From the NCBI GenBank assembly GCA_907165135.1, contig OU015566.1, forward strand, positions 13,950,001 to 14,014,000: a stretch of 64,000 nucleotides of DNA, read 5' to 3'. Numbering within the stretch: the first letter of the stretch is position 1; each line of letters opens with the position of its first letter. Shown here piece by piece: positions 1 to 12,979 of the stretch. Source of the stretch: Oikopleura dioica (Eukaryota > Animalia > Chordata). Under the pieces are notes generated by a model. The model did not search any database and was not told where the DNA came from. It was given only the letters and a program-made list of their open reading frames with translations. A program made the translations under genes and the position numbers.

Positions 1-598
1 TAAAACCGCTTTGACAACTCCTCCAGCCCCAAATTCCAAGATCTCGAGCTGTTTTAACATCATCATTTTTTAATTACTTTTCTTGCTTCAAGTTGAAAAT
101 TTCCCGAAAAAGAGGGGGCGGCTGATAAGAGAGCGAATCTCCCGCCGAGATATAATTTTCTCTCGCTAAAACAATAAAGCCGCCTTATTTTAATGAACAC
201 TCGTGTTGCAAATTCTAGCGCGGCGTTTTTCGAAAAACACTTGCCCAACTTGACAAGAGCTTTTCTTTGCTGTTTTCTTTGTCGATTTGTACGTATGAGC
301 CTCTCTTTCTTCTTATCGCTGGAGGTTCGAGTTATGACTGGGAGGGCCTTAATTATTACGGACAGCGCTGTTTTCTTGGCAGGATTTATGAGAAGCGAAG
401 GAAAAAAGAAGGGACGATTTCGGAATTTCGCGGCGAAGCAATTTGCATTTTGAGGAATGTTAATCGCCACAGGAGCTGTCCAAATCATCCCTTCCACAAC
501 GAGATATAAACATTACCAAATCGAATTTTAGCGCCGCCATCGAATTTTTCTTGGCATTTCTTTACTAGCTAAGTATTTTTTATTACTTGTGCAGAGTA

Positions 599-2814
599 TT
601 AATTAACAGTATAAATGAGATTTTTGACGAGAAAAGATGTTCCTGCGTCAAAGAAGAAGGTCACATCCTGATAGGAATATTGGAATGGAGTGCTGGCATA
701 AAAATACAAAGGGCCAGAAGAATATGCACCCGATACGTCGTAAGATCCATCCAACACGACCGTCGCATCCATCTTCAATGAATACTGAAGCACATTACTG
801 TCAGCAGTAGGCTTCATAAGAGGTGGGCTAAGAGAACTGTGCAAAAAATCCTGAGTCGGGGAATGAAAAATCTTTGATAAAAGCCGCCTCAATTAATATA
901 CTAGCTCTTTTTAAGCCTATCAAATAAGCTAAGCAGCTTTTCAATAAAGATCTTTTAAAAGGTGATTTTGGTTTTTTGCACAGGTTTCTGAGCCCAGGAT
1001 AAGAGTATTTATTATCTGCTGCCGTTCCCCACGGTTACCCATAATCGTCATTTGCCCAAGTTAGGCAGATGACGACTTGGGCAAATGACGACGACTTTTG
1101 TCCGTAGCGCCAGTCAAAACCCGCCTTTTTTGAAATGCAAGCTCTACCCCCTTATTAGCTCGAAAAAATACTCTTGGCTTGAGTTCCAAAGTAAAGATAT
1201 TCCAATCTCCCTGATTACAAGGCTTCTCGATAGAGTGTTGACTGTATTCCAAATTTGGCTGATTAACTGCCAGATGATATTTATAATTTGAAGGGGATCT
1301 CCATATTGTCAATACACGGTTTCCGATATTGCCCGAATCAGCTCCATTTGTGACGTATAAAATGCTTATATAACTCCCCGAAGGCATTGAATCTTCGCAG
1401 AGAACATCAACACTGATTGTGAAGTGCAGTGCAGCAGTTGACGTTCCTATTAGTTGACCGAATTGGGGCGCAACCGGAGAAGAATCAATAAACTTCCAGT
1501 AAATCTGCTTCCAATTTATAGAGCACTACCAAAATAATTTTAAATGACATCATAATAAAGTACCTCAATATCAAAAGATGAGGCGACATCAACGCGATTA
1601 GAAACTCTTCTAAATCGAAACTGAGTTGGAGAGATCAATTCTCCTCCTAGTTTCAATCCATCGTTTGTTATTCCCAGAGTTGCAAATTTTGTGAGCTAGC
1701 TGAGCTGAGCTGAGCTGAGCTGTAGCTCAGCTAGCTCAGCTCAGCTCAGCTCAGCTCAATAGTTTTTCGAAAAGAGCCAGCTCAGCTCAGCTAGCTCAAT
1801 TTTAACCTCAGCTCAGCTCAAAAATTTTCAAATATGCCCCAGCTCAGCTCAGCTCATCTCAATTTTTTTGAAAAAATTCAGCTCAGCTCAGCTCAGCTCA
1901 GCTCAATTTCGACCTCAGCTCAGCTAGCTCAGCTCAGAAAAAATTTTCAAAAATTTGCAACTCTGGTTATTCCAGAGTTTTCAAGGATCTCTATCGTCAA
2001 ATCGCCAATCGTCATGTTACACTCATGAAATTCTCGGCCATAAAGACCATCATCAGACAAGTAATCGATAGAAACATAAACAAATGAACCAAGCTCATCC
2101 CCACCAGTTATATTCATCGGTACTTCAGGAGCATCAATTGGTCCGCCTTTAACTTTGTCTGTGGACAGCAGGAGGGTATCTTTTTCATCTTTGATTGAAA
2201 TAGTGGGCTGGCAAAATATCTCTTGAAAAATCCTCGCGATCAGGAACTGGTCTCCAACATTTTTTGCTTCAAGAATTCGGGAAGTTTGATTTGAGTTGTT
2301 TTCCAGGAAGCATTTTGAGTACTCCAGCTCGCCAGTATTGGAAAGAGCGCACTCTGATGCGATTGTCGTATTCTCAGAGTTCTTAGTCAGAAATACTTCA
2401 TCAAGACTTTCAATTGGACTATCCAAATAAGCGTTGCAAACCAAGTCCTTTTATTTAAATCATTTTCAATAAAAATTTTTAACTTTACCAGTGTAAGAAC
2501 CACTCCAGAATCAAAGCATTCCACAGTAAAAAGGTCACAACTCTTGGCTCTTGAAATTATAAAAAGTAACAAAAAATACATTTTAACAATGATATTCTTG
2601 CGCGATTTCGTCTGTTTCGCTGTTTATGACTGAAACTATGCATAATTATTTGCTCTCCGGATGTTAGGAGCGCAAGTGAGGAGATGACATAATTACCAAG
2701 GATCGGACACAAGTAATAATTAACTTTAGACATTTCAATATCGAAAAACTGACCCCAAAAAACTGTCTTTTTGAAATTCCCGCTCGAATTGGCCGACATA
2801 TCCGGCTCTCTCAA
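599..2814 (-). CDS. Multi-exon extracellular protein with ZP-like domain and C-terminal lectin-like region; one exon interrupted by a MITE
   Basis: ORF pieces 2557-2814, 2387-2581, 1947-2444, 1061-1387 and 599-892 are joined by short GT-AG introns. The Cys/aromatic pattern (CFDSGVVLTL..ECAL..SKC..IFCQ; VYVSI..HECNM..FRFRR..FDIE-CSI) resembles ZP-N/ZP-C. The 5' end is unresolved and the domain calls are by eye. Confidence 0.5.
1045..1091. repeat. 17-bp perfect inverted repeat (hairpin)
   Basis: TCGTCATTTGCCCAAGT at 1045-1061 and ACTTGGGCAAATGACGA at 1075-1091. Confidence 0.8.
1675..1965. mobile_element. hAT-type MITE, 291 bp, filled with (GAGCT)n/(AGCTC)n repeats
   Basis: 16-bp TIR CAGAGTTGCAAATTTT; 8-bp TSD GTTATTCC at 1667-1674 and 1966-1973. 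Removing it restores the host frame LENSGIT-NDGLKLGG. Confidence 0.9.
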
Positions 2815-3491
2815 GCTGTTTTCTAGCCCAAAAAGAGTACTGATAAGGACGTTTCTTTATCAAATTAAGGTGGTTGGGAATTGATGTGGCGGTGTTATGG
2901 CTCGTTAGAAGTTTCATTATCACTCGTTTTCTCGTTTCTTCGCGTGAAAGTCGAGGTTAGATACATTACATGTGTGAGGAAAGTTCAAAGCGGCTTTTTT
3001 CAATTCATCAAAAATCGAAAAAAAGTGAGCGATGGAAAGAAAAAACTGGGCACGTGTCATGTTCGAGAATCTGGTTGAGCAGGAACCGACCTGTCGAGCT
3101 GACTTGAGCAAGATTCCTCTCAGAAGAGCTCTGCTATTTTTGCTCAAGTACTACCTATGCGAAAAACACGCGGGAAAAGCCACATTCTTCTGAAACTCAT
3201 ACTTTTTATTTGCAACTTTTCAAACTAACAATTGTTAATTGACTAAATCTAAATTATTCGTTTCCGTGTTTTCCAGGACCATCGTGGTTTTTCATCCAAT
3301 GATCGTTCAAAAGACCCTTAAATAGTTCTTTTAGGGGCGTTTTTCTTTATAACACAGTGACACCCTTAATTTTTTCGGGCGAAAAGAAACTTTAACCTTT
3401 ATTTTTCCCTCAAAAATTGTAAATTTTCAAGAAATATTTGACCAAAAAAATGAAAAAAAACCCAAAATGCGAAATAAAGGAGTTAACATCC

Positions 3492-3677
3492 TTAATTTTT
3501 TAAGGCTCTAACCTGTAGTCTCCTGGCTCTTTCAGAATCTCTTATATACGTTTCGTGCCTTATTTTTTCCCACAAAACAGCGGCTGCGCAAATTAAAATG
3601 ATAAGGAATATAAAAAAAACGTATTTTTTATACAGGGATACTTCGATTTTGTATTCCTCTTTTTTCATTTTCTTCAT
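3492..3677 (-). CDS. Possible small single-pass membrane protein (61 aa)
   Basis: ATG ORF with basic N-terminus and hydrophobic stretch YVFFIFLIILICAAAVLW; no other support. Confidence 0.3.
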   Translation of the reverse strand: MKKMKKEEYKIEVSLYKKYVFFIFLIILICAAAVLWEKIRHETYIRDSERARRLQVRALKN

Positions 3678-6600
3678 CCTCGAAAAATCGGTTGTAATTG
3701 AGAAAAAGAAGAGGAAAGGGTTACGGATAGAATTATAGTTAAATTAATTATTGACGGCGTTGAGTAATTTCTGACAAGAAATGACCCTAATGGGATTTTT
3801 GATACATTTCCTTTGCCATTCATTCAATCTAGATTTAAGGGTGTCCCCTTATTATTAAGTCGATTACGATCTTGAATACAAACTTGATAAATGCGCAACT
3901 TTTACTATTTTGCACCAACAAGCGTGGCTGTCTTCTAAATAGCAATCTTCTTTATTCGAGAGGAGAAAATCGCGTGCCCCACCCTTAACTCGGACAACAA
4001 GCGCAAGAAGCGCAAGAAGGTTAAAAGCTCGAGAATGATCGCTTTAGCGAAAGTGAATTTTCTAAAAGAGCCGCAGAAAAGAAATGTCACCTGGGCGAAT
4101 TTCCTCTCATCCCGAAATGGGAAAATGCAAAATCCAGTTTTGCTAAAAAGTCGAATTGAGAGAAATCGACACATCTGTGTGGAATTTAGCTGTAACAAGG
4201 GAGGCTTTGGAAACGTGAGGGAGGACCTTAAGGCTCTCTCTTTGTTTTTAGACTATTTCTGACTTGAAATCAACTAGATGGCACGAAAATCTAAGGGGAT
4301 GGAGATCAGTAATCCCGGTTTTCGAACACACTTTTATCTTGAAGTTAATATAGTGATACCCTTATTTTAATTTTCAAAGGAAGGTTTTGAACCTTTATGA
4401 AGGTCTTTTATTGGGTTTGATAGGAAAAAATAAGGGAGTCACTATGTAAAATCCGAGAGAAAAGACCGTTTGAAAATTGGTATATTGATGTACACCCCCG
4501 TAAGTTTTTTGCCAAATGATGGAAGGATGACCTTAGAAATGAAAAATTCTTTTTGGAAACCCTTAATTTTGAAACTGTTTGTTCAAGGAACAATTAACTT
4601 GTTTCGCTGAAAAAAATTTGAGAGAACAACATTTAGTGTTGATAAAATTGGTGACCACGTTGAGCCGTGTTCCAAATAGAAAATGCCTTATCGGGCGGAC
4701 GTACATCCGCTATCAACAGATAACATTTTTGGTTTGTGGCTGGTATACCCTTAACCGCGCCGCGCGAGCCCTATCGACCGAGATGTGGTCGAAAATACAG
4801 AAAATAGCCAAGCCATTGTACAAAATCGCTACGTGCTTGGTTATGAACACAAATCTAGCTAAAAAAAAGGTTGATTTTTTTCGCGAAAAAAATCATAGCG
4901 TGATAATTACTGTCCGAAAATTTTTAAGTGCTAATTAGTTTATCTTTTTTTCGTAATTTTCGCTTTGGTTTTTCGCAGCTGGCGTGGAGGGACATTAATT
5001 AGGGCAGTCAGAACGGCCGCAGAAAATCTTGAAATTGGTGAAAATTCGTGCAGTTTCGCGTTAAACTTACTCGCCCCAGCGATTTCAAAATACGTTTGGT
5101 TCGATTCGGGATTTGGAAATGCATGGGCGAGCAAGCAGAACATTCTAGCGGGCTTAAAAAAGAATAAATTGAAATTTTAGAACAGAAAATTTAAGAGAAA
5201 ACCGCGCGCGGCTTCAATTCAGTCTTTATTTTTATTCAAAGCCGCGCGCGGATTGTACTTGTTTTGGTATTTATTTAATTAAATGAAGCAGATTCCGCCT
5301 ATGGTATTATATGCAGCCCGTGCTTTTATAAGATAATTATAATTTACGCCGCTTATTCTTGTGTCCAGGTGTCTTGGTTTGGCCCGGAAGAGTTGGTAAA
5401 GTGTAAGTGTGTTTTCGGCACTTTTGTAACTCTCGAGTTCAGGCGATGAGAGAACCGCTGCTTTAGAGCTGCCAAGATCGGAACAGATAGCGAGAAAGCA
5501 AGTGGAAACAAAACAAAACAACGCGTGAAAGGAAAACTCCGCCAGCGACTTTCTAACACTTCCGTCTTGCTCTTACTTCGTCTTATCACTCTAAAATTGC
5601 TTTTGTTAACAAAAATATTCATAAATTACTCCTTAAATTAAAGATACAGCCAGGACACTTCGATCTCGAGTAAATAATCATAATTTTTAAAATGAATCTC
5701 GTGCCCCTATTTGAAATAAATCGTTCCAAGACTCATGAATCATATAAACCAAACCATTATTATAACAGTTTAAAAAATATGCCTTAGAATCAGATCAAAT
5801 GAAACTTCATTATTAATATGATTTAAGGTTTTCCCCGCATTAATTCACTCTTTCTTTTTCTCTTAGTTTTATTAAGCAACAATAAATTTCTATATAATTA
5901 AAACAAATTGAAATGGCTTAGAAGTGTAAACAGTTGCTCACGCTGGATACAGACCCGAAAAACTATTTCTTTATTAATAAAATGAAAACCAATGGACCCG
6001 CGATGCTTATGGAGGATACGCAACCGAAGAAACTATTTCATGTTATTAACAAACTTTCAATTCAATAAACTGACGCGACGAAACACTTTTCCTGTCTCTT
6101 TGTCTACCAATTAATGTCTCTAGAATACCCTCTTTCTTATCAGTCTTTCCTGTTTATCGCTCAATTTTCTCGACTCCAGTTTCTCCCCCCCAAAGTTCCG
6201 GAACCTGTTCAAGTTCCTGTCACAGCTCATTTTTTCCGTGAGCTTTCGCGAAAAAAACATCGAGCGTGCCATTTTTAATAGTGTTTTGGCTTGTTTTGGC
6301 TGGTACTTACGCTTTTATGTAATCTTGAGTGATCGTTTTAGAGTTTTTTGGTAAATCTTGTAGCTTTTTCAGCTGTGTCATGGCGCAAAAAATGCTCTTC
6401 TTATCCTTCCCCACGCCCTTAGTTCTATTTCACGAGGTTAATAAAGCCGATCTACCGAAAATACAAGCTTGAAGCTTCTTTCTAGCGTCATCAATTTCCG
6501 AGAAACAGCCACAGTACTGACCCGCTTCTGGGCTAGAATTTCAATTCTAGACGCGAGCGAAAGTCACGTGTCCCCACTTTTGTCTAATAGACCTTACCTA

Positions 6601-7368
6601 ATGGACCCTAAAACTAGCCCCTTGAAATTTCAAGTGGCAAAATGCGAAATTCGCAATTGTCAAAATTGAAAAATAAAATGCAAAATTATGCGGCCGCTAA
6701 AATCAGCTGACGAGGCCGAATCAAGTGGCCGCGAAATTAAATTGCAAGAAAAAAATCGTAATTTGATTAAACAACAGTTTTATTAAGCCTTTTTTTAAAT
6801 TAAAGATTTCGACTCGGAATTATGGAACAAAGCCAGCTGCGTTTAAATTTGAGTCGTCTTTTTTTTCTAGTGCCAAAAATTTGAATTTCAGCGCTTTTTA
6901 TGAACCACTCTTTAATTTTTCTTCCTTGAGAGCGGCGGTTGTTTTTGAATTTCACCAAAAAAGCTCTCCGGGGCGGCGGCAAGCCCAATTTTGTGGTTTT
7001 CGATTTTGTGGCTTGAAGAAAGTGAAAGTGTTAATTTTCGATAAAAAGTATTTATTAGAGGCGAGTTTCGTTTTCTTTAGAAGCTATTTGCTCTTTTTGC
7101 GAATCTCCTATTTTTGGCCAAATCTGCTCGATAAGCAGCGCTTTTTAAGGGCATCGTGGTCGAACAGGTTACCACTAGAATCATTTCAAAGATTCCAATC
7201 GAAAAGTGAACACTCGAAAAGACACGTTTAGAACTTTTCTTCCGATCTTTTTGAACCGCAGAATCGATTTTTATGATTTTCTGTCAATAATAAAACGCAG
7301 TGAAAATCATTTCTTTGTAAATATCACTGGTTGCTGGTCTGAGGAAAGAACCGTTTGGAGCTGCCAGA

Positions 7369-9807
7369 ATGATCCTTCGAGAGATATTTTTGATTGCCAT
7401 TTCTAGCGCTTTTACTGCACTAGAAACGAGTATTGATATCAAGAGCTGCCCGTAAGAGAATACAATTGATTCTCAGAGAGCTGATTTTTATAGTGACCAG
7501 GATCTAGGAAATGCTTGTGATGCCGATTGCCGTCTCATTTTTGTGGCTTGTCGAGAAGGATGCTCTGACTCATTTTGCGAAAATGAATGCTTGAGAGACT
7601 ATTCAAGTACTTAATCTGCTTACAACTAGTCATATATAAATTCTAATAGTATGCTCTGATGGTTGTCCTTGTTTTCATGATTGTCCTGATGGATGCGATA
7701 ATTGCTCTCATCCGCTTTGCTCTTGCAAGAATCCTGAGATTGACAATCCATCTTACAAACAATGCATTCATGAAGCCGCCACTGAGCTTAGAGATTGTTT
7801 AGAAATCTGTGTTGCTCAAAATCAATGCTTTGATGAGTGTTATGAGCGTTTCAAGAAGGAATCAGCAAGGAAGGGCTTTTAGATAAGACTCAATTTAAAA
7901 AAAAAGAACAAGGTTTTGAGCCTCTGATTTTTGATGTCCTTGTATGGAAGATTGTTCAAGCGGATGTCCGTGTGATACAGTATCACTGATACTGGATATA
8001 CCTGCGAGCCTTTTATCGCTGCAATTTGTGCACAAGTTTCGAAGTCTTACAATTATGTTATTTCTGCAAATGGTCAATTTTATGAAAATCGGCATATTTT
8101 TACACCAGAACCTAAAATACAAACCTTTTATGATCGCGTCGGATCTGCAATGTTGAATGGAGAAATGTATCTTTTTGGTGGTGATGATGATAAGCGGAAG
8201 GTACTTACTTACTACTAGAAAAAAAAAGCTAACGATTTCAAGATTGCTAAATTAGAGGGTTGTTCTATTGTTGAATTATCTGTTCGACTATTAAATACAG
8301 TGAAAACCCATTTTAAGGCCGATTTTTGGATGACAGCAAATTTCAAAAGTGGCCTTAAAATGGACATTTTTCATGTTGAGCCGGATGACAATGATTATTT
8401 TTTCTTTTTTTTTCTGCGCATAAAACAGGCATTTGCCGAAAATTGTCGTCTCTTGCTTGCTAATTTCGTGCAGAAAAGGTATTAGGAACTAAGAAAAACA
8501 TATAAAGATTTTTCATCGGGAGATCAGCTTTGATCACTTTATCAAAAGTTTCAACTGTATTTGAAATAAATGCCAATTGGCTTTTGGTGTTCTGGAAAGA
8601 GTACAAATTTAAGTTTAATTTAAACTCTGATAAGTGAGAACCTCTTCGGTCAAAGACAAATCATTGACTGAATTTCGCTCTCTCAAGTTGAGGAAGTTCC
8701 AACTGCCTCTCTACAGAAGAACAAAAATTTCAATTAAGATTCTGTTAAGATCGGCTTCACTTTAAAGATTTTACAAGAACGTTCAGTTGTCACGCTAGAT
8801 TCTCGAATCAATCGAGGACCAAATATGGCTCAGATGATTCCAGACTCAATTTAATCCTGATGGCGGTTAAAAAAACCTTAATTTCAGCGGCGAAAGTTCA
8901 GGGTTAGGGTATGGTCGCTGAACTGTAATTTTAGAATTTTAAAAGATGATCAAAAGTGGCCTTATAAATTATAAGTTATAATGGATTTTTCCAGGATGAC
9001 CAATTTTGGCAATTTTTAAAAAAAGTGGCCTTAAAATGGTGGGCCTTAAAATGGGTTATCACTGTAACTACGTGAATCCATATTCGACGATTGTCACAGT
9101 TCCAACATCACCAAATGAAGTTTAACTCTGTGGCTATGACAACAATTTCAAAAATTGCCAAGAATTCGATGGCAACGCTGTTACCAATCATCCTCATGTT
9201 CAACAATATGCTCACAGATGCGGGTGCCTTGCTTTGTATGAAAACTCTCCTGTCTCAATTTGTGGAGGAAATCCTACTGGTGATGAGGACCCGTTATTAT
9301 CAAAAGTAGAAAAACTTAGTCTGAGCGGTTGGAGGACGATTCAAGACCATCCTTTGAAATTTAGATGCATGGCATGTCTTTCAATTGAGAATGGAATTAT
9401 TACTGTTGGTGGCTACTCAAGCTCATTGATTACTGATATTTATCTTTATAAGAGTGATAGTTGGAGATTTGCAGGAAATTTAAAGGAGGTAAACGCGAGT
9501 ACCCTGTTGCACAGACTAACAGGACTGTAGCCGATTGGATTGGGTTCTATTATTTTTTACGATACCTTCTTTATTCATTTCGGAGGCTGGAAACCTAACG
9601 CCGATTTTAGGTAAAATTAAACGTGAATACACAAGACTAATTTTAATAAGCGGTGAACTTGAAGTAGAGCGAGTCGAATGGAATGGAACATATGCAACAT
9701 CATCTCGAATCATAAACACAGTTGATAAGATGTGTTATCTACCTATTATTTTTGAAGCTCTCCCAGACGCGTGTTCAAATACATGTGAAGAGTTTTGCTT
9801 TCCATAA
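7369..9807 (+). pseudogene. Secreted Cys-rich repeat plus kelch-like beta-propeller gene, disabled
   Basis: Signal peptide MILREIFLIAISSAFTA; Cys exons (CDADC..CPCFHDCPDGCDNCSHPLC); kelch-like motifs LNGEMYLFGG, IITVGGY, LSGW. Lesions: frameshift near 7975, TA-MITE inside an exon (8298-9064), in-frame TAA at 9123-9125. Confidence 0.8.
8298..9064. mobile_element. Tc1/mariner-pogo-type non-autonomous element, 767 bp
   Basis: TIR CAGTGA(A/T)AACCCATTTTAAGGCC; TA TSD at 8296-8297 and 9065-9066; subterminal sequence shared with element 59347-60067. Confidence 0.9.
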
Positions 9808-10727
9808 AATTCTTGAGCGTTGACCATCAATAAAAGAACGTGATTTACCAAAAAAGGAAACCCAAGCTACTAGAAATGTGTAAGTGAGGTGTTCCAAGGT
9901 CAGTTTTGAGGTTATCAACTAGAATTTTATCAAAACCGTCGTCGCGCGAAGCAGGTCATCAAAGTGATGTCAGCAGGGCTCAGAAAGGCGCACCTGCCTT
10001 GTCCAATGCATTTTTATATCATGGCTCTTGTACTCCAGTTCCGCAGAATTCTTAATCTAAGAGTAAGAATCCAAGGTTCACTGGAATTTCAATTCTTTTT
10101 CACATCGAAAAATAGCAATTATTCCAGCTCCAGGTGCTGTTTTCGCGAATCAAAAAGAAACACTCGAGTACTCAAGTAGCCAAGCTGCGTCTAAAAACGG
10201 GAAGTTTTGGTTTCAGAAAAAGATAAATTTAAAACTTACAAGTGGCGTGTTTGTGAAGTTGAGGCGGGCGGCGGAAGCGGCGGCAGAGTTATGAAAAACC
10301 ACTTTAACGATATCATCTGATAATTTAATTTTGGCAGCGCTAGAAACGATCAGGAAAAGTGATAGGCAATCTTTCGCCTCATAAATTGGGAAAGAAAAAG
10401 AAGGGATATTTTAGTCAAATGTTGGAGGTAGGGTCAAACGAGGCGCCTTTTAGTTGAACCTTTTTCATATTCAGGAAACATTCCAGTTACGGAAAAAGTC
10501 GTCCGGTTCTGGCGCATATTTACCCCGCCTCTCTCTTTCGGGTATTAGCCCGACACGACGGTCCTCCTTTTTTTTCCTGGGTCCGCACTTGAAAACGCGC
10601 ATTATTCAGCAATTCAGAAATCCGCAAGGAAGAAAAAACATGGTGTTCTTTGAAGCATATGTAGATTTTTAAAAAATCTTGGGGAAAAGACTTGGATCAA
10701 CTTTTTTCAGAAAAACCTCCAATAAAC

Positions 10728-10888
10728 AGCCGCGTAGCGGCTCTTTTTAATCGAAGCCGCGCAGCGGCTTCGCACAAGTAATCTCTAAATCTTATGTTGT
10801 ATCGGGGCGAAGCCGCTTCGCGGCTTCGTTTATAAAAAAAAGCCGCTAAGCGGCTTTTCATTATAAGTTTTCTAAATCCTGACTCAGG
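10728..10888. repeat. Foldback/MITE-like repeat built from palindromic AAGCCGCNNNGCGGCTT units
   Basis: Four palindromic units in mirror arrangement, ending in CCTGACTCAGG; related to 12704-12900, with a partial relative near 5200-5253. Confidence 0.65.
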
Positions 10889-11498
10889 TTATCTAAACAG
10901 GTTGCCGAGCCAACAAGTCCTGCAGGACTGTCCTGCTAATTGAGAAACAACGTTTTGGACTCGGCGAAAAGTCATTTGAAAATTCAAAACTGACTTCGGC
11001 GCTGCCGCCAAATTTACATAAACCTGTAAAAGCTTTTAAGTACATAACACATTGCTAGCTCTAGAAAAGCGCATGTTTCCCAGAGAAAGGGCGCTTGACT
11101 CGGTCAAGAGTTTAAATTAGCCGCCGAGTGTTCTATTCGCGGCGAGTATCAAAGCGCTCTTTTTTCGCCGAGTTTGTATATTTTTCTCATTCCGAAGAGG
11201 TCAAAACAGACAACCGTTTTTTCGTGTGACGCTTGTTTTAGATACTAAACTTGAAAACATCTAAGAAGAAGGGATGATTCCAGCTAGAATCTTTGAATTC
11301 GGATCAATCTTGGGCCGTCTTGGCGAAACCGCATTCAAAAAAGTGACTTTTGCTCGAATTTCAACGAGCAGGAACCGCTAAATCCATCAACCAACGACCG
11401 CTCAAGCTGTTTCCCCTTGTCCATTTCTTTCTCCAATTTTAACATTCATGTTTCTTTTCATTGTTTTGTAGATCGTGAAAACTCATGAAAAAAAAACG

Positions 11499-11570
11499 CT
11501 CCGTGTCGGGGAATCGAACCCCGGTCGCCCGCGTGACAGGCGGGAATACTCACCACTATACTAACACGGA
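11499..11570 (-). tRNA. tRNA-Asp (GTC)
   Basis: Exact reverse complement of 11657-11728; followed by a T-run terminator. Confidence 0.97.
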
Positions 11571-11656
11571 TGGTACCTAGGCTCGCTACTTGCCTATCTA
11601 TACCAATTCTTATCAGTTTATAAGAAAGTTGAGGTGATAAGCAGCTTTAAGAATCA

Positions 11657-11728
11657 TCCGTGTTAGTATAGTGGTGAGTATTCCCGCCTGTCACGCGGGC
11701 GACCGGGGTTCGATTCCCCGACACGGAG
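11657..11728 (+). tRNA. tRNA-Asp (GTC)
   Basis: Acceptor stem TCCGTGT/ACACGGA; anticodon arm CCCGC-CT-GTC-AC-GCGGG; T-loop GTTCGATTC; T7 run downstream. Confidence 0.97.
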
Positions 11729-12703
11729 CATTTTTTTCATGAGTTTTCACGATTTACAGAGTTCTTCGATTTTTTTCGAAATGGTGGAAGTCCGCGAATC
11801 GTAAATACGCAGACGTTCGCGCAATAAAAACTAATCGACCTGCTGATAAGAAAACGTATCGTGCCGCCGTTCAAAATCCTGCTTATCATTTCCAAAATAT
11901 GCAGTCATAATTTTGCTTGAAATTTTTTAATTGCCGGCTTTGAACTTCTCCTTCCAAAGCTCAAAAAATAGGCCATCATGAGAATCGACCAAACAGCTTT
12001 TTTGAGGACAGCTGCTTTTTAGTTCTTCCCCTTCTTTTTGTTGATAACCATCCGCAACGCTCGGCGGGGGACGAGTTCTGCTCGGTGGGGGACCCGGAGG
12101 CGCATAAAAGTAAAAAATCGTCGTTGAAATTTTCAGTTGAAAAAGAGAAAGATTCAGAAAAGGGTTGAAAAAGATGGAAAAATTCAAAAAAATCAAGAAT
12201 TATTTAAAAAGAATGAAAAAAGAAGTCGAGAAAATCATCGATGCTCCCGAACAACAACGAAGAATTGACCTGCTAGAAATGGAAAACCAAAGACTTAGAG
12301 GTAAGAAAGAAAAATGAGAAAATGGCGGATTAAAAAATTTTTGTTATTTCGATTTTCGTGTGAAATAGGAGAAGAAGAAGCGCGGTGCTCTAAAGTCGCG
12401 CTTGGGATAGTACTTTATTTGTAGTCGTCAATTTTGTGAGGTACAATTAGAGCCGCGACCGAGGGGAGGTTCTTCTAAACTAAGTGACAGTGTTCACCAA
12501 GCGTGTTCCCACCCGCTGCTAAACATTCTCAAGACAATCCCAAGAACAACCGTTTCGAACGAAGTAATGAAAAAAAAAGAATCATCTCAACAATTTTTCT
12601 TTCCTTTGATAAAGATTCTTCAACGATAAATTTTGAAAAAAGATAGCCGAAATTAAGATAACCTTCTTTTCATCTCATAATTCTGAGGCCACCATGCTGA
12701 TTT

Positions 12704-12900
12704 AGCCTGTATCGGATTTTGAAAAAGTCAAATGAAAAGCCGCGTAGCGGCTTTTTAAAAAACGAAGCCGCGAAGCGGCTTCGCCAGTATTAAAGAATTC
12801 GTATTCAAATGATAATGTTGCGAAGCCGCTTCGCGGCTTCGTTTTTAAAAAAGCCGCTACGCGGCTTTTCATTTGAAATCTCAGAAACCTGACTCAGGCT
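12704..12900. mobile_element. Foldback MITE of the AAGCCGC-palindrome family
   Basis: Long imperfect TIRs (AGCCTG..CAAATGAAAAGCCGCGTAGCGGCTTTTT..CGAAGCCGCGAAGCGGCTTCGC and its mirror); TSD not identified. Confidence 0.7.
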
Positions 12901-12979
12901 TTCGACAGAGTTTCTACCATGATTGTGCTTTGTAACTGATTTTTTACTGTTCTTTTGCCAATTTCAATTAATCCTTTAG

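Noticed and set aside
63-509. Overlapping ORFs at the window start
   Set aside because: Three competing frames with no motif or splice support to choose among them.
3935-4198. FLRFLRLLSELR resembling an ion-channel S4 segment
   Set aside because: Too short, and no flanking transmembrane exons could be assembled.
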